This document shows, piece after piece, positions 20,801-26,800 of a stretch of DNA of 26,800 nucleotides. A program made the position numbers and the translations under genes. Each line of letters opens with the position of its first letter. Position 1 is the stretch's first letter. This DNA comes from Paramoeba atlantica (Eukaryota > Protista > Discosea), in the NCBI GenBank assembly GCA_977017575.1, contig CDRNVI010000146.1:1-26800 (forward strand), given 5' to 3'. The notes beneath the pieces are model-generated. The model did no database searches and was not told the DNA's origin. It was given only the letters and a program-made list of their open reading frames with translations.

Positions 20801-21635
20801 CTTACTAATAAGGTTCTTTTGTTTGTTTTTTTTTCTTTTTTTTTTTTACTTTCTCATTTTTTTTTTTTTTTTTTTTAAATGTAAAGAATGGAGTAACTCC
20901 TCTTTATATTGCTACTCAAAATGAACAGAAACAAATTATTGAATTATTATTGGAAAAAGGAAAAGCAAATGTTAACCTTGCAACTAAAGTTATTTTGTTG
21001 ATTGTTTCTTTTTCTTTTTCTTTTCTTCTTTTTTTTTTAATTTTTTTTGATTTAGAGAGGCTGGACTCCTTTTCACAGAGCTGTTTCCAGTGGTTTTGAA
21101 GAAATTATAAAGATTTTGATTGACCATAGAGCCAACATTAATATTCAAACCAAAGTTTTTATTTCCTTTTTTTTGATTTCTTTTTTTCTTTTTATTTGTT
21201 TTTTCTCATTTTCTTTATTGTTATTATTGATTATTGGTTGTTCTGAGGTGATGAAGGAAAGTCTTAATTTCCTTTTGATTTTTTTTTTGATTTTCAACCT
21301 TTTTTTTACTGTTGTTTTGTTGATTTTGTGATTAAGGGTTGTAGAAGAGTGGTTTTTTGTTGAACTTTCTTTTTTTTTTTGTTTAGAGTGGTAAGACAGT
21401 TCTTGATGTTGCCACAAATCCAAAAATTGTTGATTTGATCATTCAATTGAAGGTTTGATTTTTTTTTTCTATTTTTTTTAAGATTGTTCTTTTTTTTTCT
21501 TGCAATTTCTTTTTTTTTAAGTTTTGTTTGATGTTTTTCTTGAATAATTGAGTGTGAACTTTCTCTCATTGTTTTTTTTTTTTTTGATTGTAGGGACAAA
21601 CTATAAAACCAGCCCAAACAAAAAAAGGAACTTAA
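17882..21635 (+). CDS. Ankyrin-repeat protein, ~612 aa, 17 exons, one ankyrin repeat per exon (13 full repeats + C-cap), acidic N-terminus
   Basis: Exons 17882-18139, 18283-18429, then repeat exons 18562-18663, 18774-18875, 18993-19094, 19226-19330, 19621-19722, 19815-19916, 19988-20089, 20172-20273, 20359-20460, 20533-20634, 20711-20812, 20887-20988, 21056-21154, cap 21387-21452, tail 21594-21635 (TAA). All 16 introns are GT..AG, phase 0. Consensus NGxTPLYIAAQxGHEQIVEILLEKGxPNVDLAxx. Linkage of exons 1-2 to the repeats is less certain than the repeat exons themselves. Confidence 0.9.
17969..18130 (+). repeat. Coding GAA/GAT-rich repeat (E/D-rich tract, REDEEEE-like units) in ankyrin-gene exon 1
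   Basis: 54 codons, of which 44 are E/D, 8 R and 2 K (hand count). Confidence 0.85.
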
Positions 21636-22068
21636 CCCTTTAGTGAGTGGCCTAGATCTAGGCATTCAGTGTTATTTTTGCCTTTTGACAGTTTGTCCTG
21701 AAAATTCCATCAAAAACACTATCAAAAAGCTTAACAAGACACCAAAAGACCTTTAGAGAGATTGAAAGCACTGGCTCAAATACCTCTTAGCTACCAAAAT
21801 TAACAAATAAAGAAGTGGTCCAACAACTCTGAGGTTGCTAACCTCTTGGTGACTGAAATGAATGTTAGTGATATATTTTCTGCAATTTTTGAATCTTCTC
21901 TCTGACTTGAACTTAAGCTGAGTCTTCAATGCACCACTAACATCAAAGCCTCAAAGAGATCCCCCTGATCACTTTGATCCTGACCCACTTGGTTCTGATG
22001 ATTCTTCTGGCTTTGATGATTCTGGCAATTCTTTTGATGAATTTTCATCAGATGAAAATGAGATTGAG

Positions 22069-22650
22069 TTGTACCCTCAAAAAGTCTATAAAGATCTGAT
22101 GAAGGAGCAATACCCCTTTGATGGAACCAAGAAGAAGTATTGGAAATGGAAAGATGACATCACAAATCATTTGGATTCATATGGTTTAACAGAGTATCTA
22201 CTCATTCCAGTTCCTCAAGTCCACTGCATGCAATTGGCAATGCATTTTAATGCAAAGAAGGTCTATTGCTTTCTGTTTGTTTGTCTGCAGCAGAATATAA
22301 AATTCAAGATTGCTATGCTCTTTTACAAGCATAAGCCCCACTGTGTTTGGCTCAAGTTGGAAGACAAGTATAACAAGAAAACAATGGCATCTTTGCTGGA
22401 CCTCATGAACAAGTTGATGACTTTGAAAAAGAAGGAGAATGAAACTGTTAATAACTATGTATTCTGAGGTATGACTCTTGCAAAAGAATCTGCTGAGAAT
22501 GATGAACCTGTTTCTGAACACCATATGATGGCTCTTCTTCTTCAAAGCCTTGGTTTTGAGTTCCAACCCATGGAGACACTCAAATATCTTTTGTTTTCAT
22601 TTGTTTATGTTGGAAGAAAAGAAAGAGTTTTAAGTTCTGTTCAAAGCTAA
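22069..22650 (+). mobile_element. Degenerate Ty1/copia-type LTR-retrotransposon gag fragment
   Basis: PFDGTKKKYWKWKDDITNHLDSYGLTEYL (FDG at 22117) resembles the copia gag N-terminal 'FdG.nY..W...m...L...gL..yl' motif. VWLKLEDKYNKKTMASLLDLMNKLMTLKKKENETVNNYVF*GMTLAKESAENDEPVSEHHMMALLLQSLGFEFQPM resembles Retrotran_gag_2/UBN2. There is an in-frame TGA at 22465-22467. No pol or LTR was recognised. Confidence 0.75.
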
Positions 22651-23609
22651 AAAAAAAATTAGGTTGGTTCAAAGAGACTTTTCTTGTCCAATCTGATTTT
22701 CTTTTCTTCACCCACCATGTTGGTGAAACCCTGCTTAGTTGAGTGCTTCAAAGAAATTTATTATATCTAGTGGAAAGAGTACATCCTCTTCCCTTAAGAA
22801 CTCTCAGTATGGGTCCCACTCCTCCTTGTATTCTAAGAATGAACAAAAAAATGCAAATCAAAGTGAAAATTCTAAAGAAATCCCAACTAAATCAATCTTA
22901 AAGAAAGTGTTTGAGGAAGGATGGTGGTCATGAGTTGAGAAAGAAATACCAAAGACCTTGTTTCATTGTTAGGTTGTGAGAGTGTTTTGACTCTCAAAAA
23001 TGCTTCTTGATTTGGTGTTGTTTTGTTGTTTCCTCTGCATTTTCCCAATTAAGGAGCATTTTGTTTTGTCCAAATTTATATTTTATTATGAATTTGGTTT
23101 GTATTGCTTTTGTTGTACTTTGAGCAGAAGTTGTAGATATCATAGTAAATTTAGGAAATTTAAACCAATCTATTTCCTTGTTCTATTTGTATTAGTAGTA
23201 GAGATGCACCACTCTGTACTTTCATATTGGAACTGAGGTTAACCCTATGAAGAACAATACAACAATTCACTCCATTTTTGTAATGAGTTTCTTTTGGTTC
23301 TATGAGGAAATGCCAAACTATTAGAGAGCAATGGCCACACTCAATAAAGTTCCAAAGCTGAGAGGGAACTTTCTCTTGCAAGTTATGAAAGGTCATCTCA
23401 ATGTGGTCACATTCAACAAAGAAGTGTGTGAACCTTTGGAGAAAGTTATTTTAGAAAATGGTTCCTTCCTTGCAGTCAGTTTTGGAAAGCCTTTTGTCTG
23501 AAGAAACAACTAGGATTGAAATTTATGGAGTTTTAAACTTTGTATTCCCTTTTTAATCAAAGGAAAGAATCTTTTGCTTGAAAAGATAATTTTTTTTTGT
23601 TTTTTAAAA

Positions 23610-23707
23610 CAAACTTTATTCAATTAGTAATTTTTAATTTAAACCATTTGAATTACATTAAATTATGTTTGTTTTTAACTTTTAACAAAAGGTGAAGTTT
23701 TAAACTT
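23610..23707 (+). repeat. 98-bp direct repeat, copy 1 (copy 2 at 25814-25911)
   Basis: Ungapped manual alignment, 91/98 identical. Confidence 0.95.
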
Positions 23708-25813
23708 CAACTTATAACAAGAGTTTTTATCAGATCCATGGGAGTTATTCCATATCTAGCAATTTTTTAATAAAAAAGAGTGAGTTAGGGCATTAAAATA
23801 AACAATAGTGTCCTTGGTGTTACTTTTAGAAAGTTAAAAATTTTATTTAAAATAAAATATAGTCCTCTAAATTTTTGTTAACTTTTCTTTTTCATTTTTC
23901 ATCTCTCTTTTCCTCATTTTTGAATTGCTTTTTCTTTCTGTTTTAACAAAGAACTTTCATCAATTTCTTGTTTGTTAGTACAATTGAGTGGATTGAAATC
24001 AAGTGTCTTCACTGTTGTTTCAGTTTGGTTTCTTCAACATCCATCATAGTCAGGACAGCCAAAGGTTTGCTTGAATCAACTGGTGAAATCCCACTGGAAG
24101 CAAAAGAACTCTTGATATTTTCTTCAGAACATGCAAGATATAGAGAATAACAATATTTACAAAGGATTTGTTTTTATTGCTCATTTTTTGTGACCCTATT
24201 GATTTTTTTTCACTTCTTCTTAAGTTCACTTTTGAAAACTTTGAAGACTGTCTGATCAAGTGGCTGGAGAAGGTGCAATGTGTGAAATAGCATTGTAAGC
24301 ACAACAACATTGTTTTTTTGCAACAATTCAATAGTCTCAGGATTTCCACAGGAACTGTGGCTATCAAAAAGGAAGAGAGCACATTTATTTGGCTTGTGAA
24401 ACTTTGATCAGCACTGCTTTAGATCTGAGAGAAAAACTTTTTTGATTATTTCATAGAAGATCTTCTCATTAATCTAACCTTTTGCTTGTTTTAACTAATG
24501 AAAACTCTTTATGATTTTATTTGAGAGAAAAGGTCAATTTTTTAAAGGGAGAACCACTCCAGAAATACTATAACTTTCATCAGCCCAAATGAATTGGAGT
24601 AAGGTAATGTGTTTTTTATTTTGAATTATCTTTTTGATAACTCTCTTCTTATTATGTGGTGAAATCACTTGAAACTTTTGTGTCTCTATACATTGTAAAA
24701 AATTAATGAATTTTTTTGAAAAATTTATGAATTAAATCAATTAAGGTGATGATTCTATCCGAAAGAGACGAAAAACATCAAAGTATAAGGTGTTAAAAAA
24801 GAAACCTTTTGTTTTTTTTTGATTTTTTCAATTCTTTCTTTTGATTGTGGATAGAAAAGTGAAATAATCAATCCAGTGGTGTTGTTTTTAATAGTTTGTG
24901 AATAAAGAAAAAAGAAAAAAATAACAAACTAAAACATTCACTTGAAATATAGAATAAAAAAGTTCATTGGTAAATCAAACAATCTATCATGTATCTTTCC
25001 AAACCTTTCAACTCTTCTTTTCTTTCAATTTCTTTCTTTTCTCTTTTTGTTTTTCTGTTTTTTTCTCACTTGCTGTTTTTTTTTCCAAAAAAGAAAAAAA
25101 AAATCCAATTCCTAATCAAATATTGCTACATTATCTATTTTTTTTTTCTTTTTTTAGTTTTTTTTTTTGGTTTTTTATTTTGAATAGTTTTTTTTTTCTT
25201 TTTTGTTTGTGAGAAAGAAAGAAAAAAAGAAAAAAAAAGAGAAAGAGAAAGATTCAACAAAAAAGAGAAAAAAACAAAAAAAAATAAAGAAAAAGGATTG
25301 TATGACCAAAATTGATTGAAAAGATCCAAATACAAACCAAAAATAAGATTAAAGAAGAAAAAAAGAAAAAAAATTGAATTTATATTGGTCCTATCTTGAT
25401 GGAAGCTTGAACAACTAAGAAAAAACAAGAACATTTGAATTCTTTTTCACCTCTTTGCCAAATTTCAAGAAAAAAAATCACATCCAAAATAAAAATCAAT
25501 TTTTTGGCAAAAAAATTTTTCTTTTTTGTTTTTTGTTTTTGTTTGATTTTTATGTTTGGTTTTTGTTTTTTGAAAGATGAGAAAAATAGACTTTTAGAAA
25601 TCAAGAGTTTTTTGATTTTTTCAATGTATCACTTTTATATTAAGAAAAAGAAACAAAAAACTAATCGATTTTTTGTAAAGTGAAAAAAATAAAAGAATTC
25701 ATAAAGTTTATCGAATGATTCAATTCTTCAAGGTCTCTTCTTTCTTTTCTTTTTTTCTTTTTTTTCCTATTTCTTTTTTTCTTTTTTTCTTTTTTTTTTT
25801 TTTTTTTTTGAAG

Positions 25814-25911
25814 CAAACTTTATTCAATTAGTAGTTCTTAATCTAAGCCATTTGAATTACATTAAATTATGTTTGTTTTTAACCTCTAACAAGAGGTGAA
25901 GTTTTAAACTT
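25814..25911 (+). repeat. 98-bp direct repeat, copy 2 (telomere-proximal)
   Basis: Ungapped manual alignment to 23610-23707, 7 transitions. Confidence 0.95.
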
Positions 25912-26027
25912 TAGTTTAGTTCAGTCAATCTTTATGCTGAACTTTTAGAACTTCTGCAAGTTCAGGCTGGAGGATGCACATTAGAAGGGAGAATAATCCA
26001 AAGCTCCTTCCAAGGGAATTTATCTAA

Positions 26028-26800
26028 TTAGGGTTTAGGGGGTTAGGGTTTAGGGTTTAGGGTTTAGGGTTTAGGGTTTAGGGTTTAGGGTTTAGGGTTT
26101 AGGGTTTAGGGTTTAGGGTTTAGGGTTTAGGGTTTAGGGTTTAGGGTTTAGGGTTTAGGGTTTAGGGTTTAGGGTTTAGGGTTTAGGGTTTAGGGTTTAG
26201 GGTTTAGGGTTTAGGGTTTAGGGTTTAGGGTTTAGGGTTTAGGGTTTAGGGTTTAGGGTTTAGGGTTTAGGGTTTAGGGTTTAGGGTTTAGGGTTTAGGG
26301 TTTAGGGTTTAGGGTTTAGGGTTTAGGGTTTAGGGTTTAGGGTTTAGGGTTTAGGGTTTAGGGTTTAGGGTTTAGGGTTTAGGGTTTAGGGTTTAGGGTT
26401 TAGGGTTTAGGGTTTAGGGTTTAGGGTTTAGGGTTTAGGGTTTAGGGTTTAGGGTTTAGGGTTTAGGGTTTAGGGTTTAGGGTTTAGGGTTTAGGGTTTA
26501 GGGTTTAGGGTTTAGGGTTTAGGGTTTAGGGTTTAGGGTTTAGGGTTTAGGGTTTAGGGTTTAGGGTTTAGGGTTTAGGGTTTAGGGTTTAGGGTTTAGG
26601 GTTTAGGGTTTAGGGTTTAGGGTTTAGGGTTTAGGGTTTAGGGTTTAGGGTTTAGGGTTTAGGGTTTAGGGTTTAGGGTTTAGGGTTTAGGGTTTAGGGT
26701 TTAGGGTTTAGGGTTTAGGGTTTAGGGTTTAGGGTTTAGGGTTTAGGGTTTAGGGTTTAGGGTTTAGGGTTTAGGGTTTAGGGTTTAGGGTTTAGGGTTT
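26028..26800 (+). repeat. Telomere, (TTTAGGG)n, G-rich strand on +
   Basis: TTAGGG TTTAGGG GG TTAGGG (26028-26048), then 107 perfect TTTAGGG units + TTT from 26049 to the end of the window. Confidence 0.99.

Noticed and set aside
18562-21154. Ankyrin repeats as a CRISPR array or a DGR template/variable-repeat pair
   Set aside because: The repeats are spliced coding exons in a eukaryote with no unique spacers, cas genes or adjacent reverse transcriptase; differences are not confined to adenines.
21650-21663. 14-bp palindrome gcctagatctaggc just after the ankyrin stop
   Set aside because: A 7-bp-arm palindrome is expected a few times by chance in 26.8 kb.
22650-24600. Degenerate frames after the gag relic (possible pol, LTR 'tgttagg' at 22967, kinase-like 'TGTVAIKK' near 24345)
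   Set aside because: No protease, integrase, RT or RNase H motifs, no PBS, PPT or paired LTR, and the kinase-like word is isolated.
25950-26025. Minus-strand 'DKFPWKELW' resembling a LINE 'PWKxIW' motif at the telomere junction
   Set aside because: Too short, followed by stops, and no zinc knuckle or RT nearby.
1-26027. tRNA, rRNA or other structured RNA genes
   Set aside because: None recognised by eye; tRNAscan-SE or Infernal would be needed to exclude them.
1-26800. Non-standard genetic code (TGA read-through) suggested by TGA-interrupted relic frames
   Set aside because: The four intact genes contain no in-frame stops, use TGG for Trp, and the 7TM gene ends in TGA; TGA in relics is better explained by decay.

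Overview
Eukaryotic, intron-rich, AT-rich chromosome end. The window finishes in a perfect (TTTAGGG)n telomere with the G-rich strand on +, so this is a right-arm subtelomere. The lineage cannot be determined from sequence alone; it looks protist-like and uses the standard code. I reconstructed four intact spliced + strand genes by hand: a secreted formylglycine-type arylsulfatase (4 exons, ~536 aa); a ~1741-aa signal-peptide protein with a ~1450-aa Cys-rich ectodomain and a C-terminal TOM1/THH1/GPR137-like 7TM domain (7 exons); a type II membrane gamma-glutamyltranspeptidase (13 exons, ~639 aa); and a 17-exon ankyrin-repeat gene (~612 aa). In the ankyrin gene, 13 consecutive exons each encode exactly one repeat, all separated by phase-0 introns. 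This exon-cassette array is the strongest candidate for an undescribed diversification system: exon+intron units are tandemly duplicated, near-identical repeats differ almost only by amino-acid-changing substitutions, much of the variation is at DARPin-type binding positions, and each hairpin tip is assembled across a splice junction. Distal to it lies a ~5 kb CpG-free domain with a Ty1/copia gag relic and a 98-bp duplication whose differences are all CpT>TpT-type transitions. Other notes: a kinase C-terminal fragment at the window start, a LINE-like zinc-knuckle relic, two perfect 43-nt hairpins, and an unusual GTT-rich donor / AAG-rich acceptor splice-site profile. All exon models and counts are manual and need RNA-seq or HMM confirmation.
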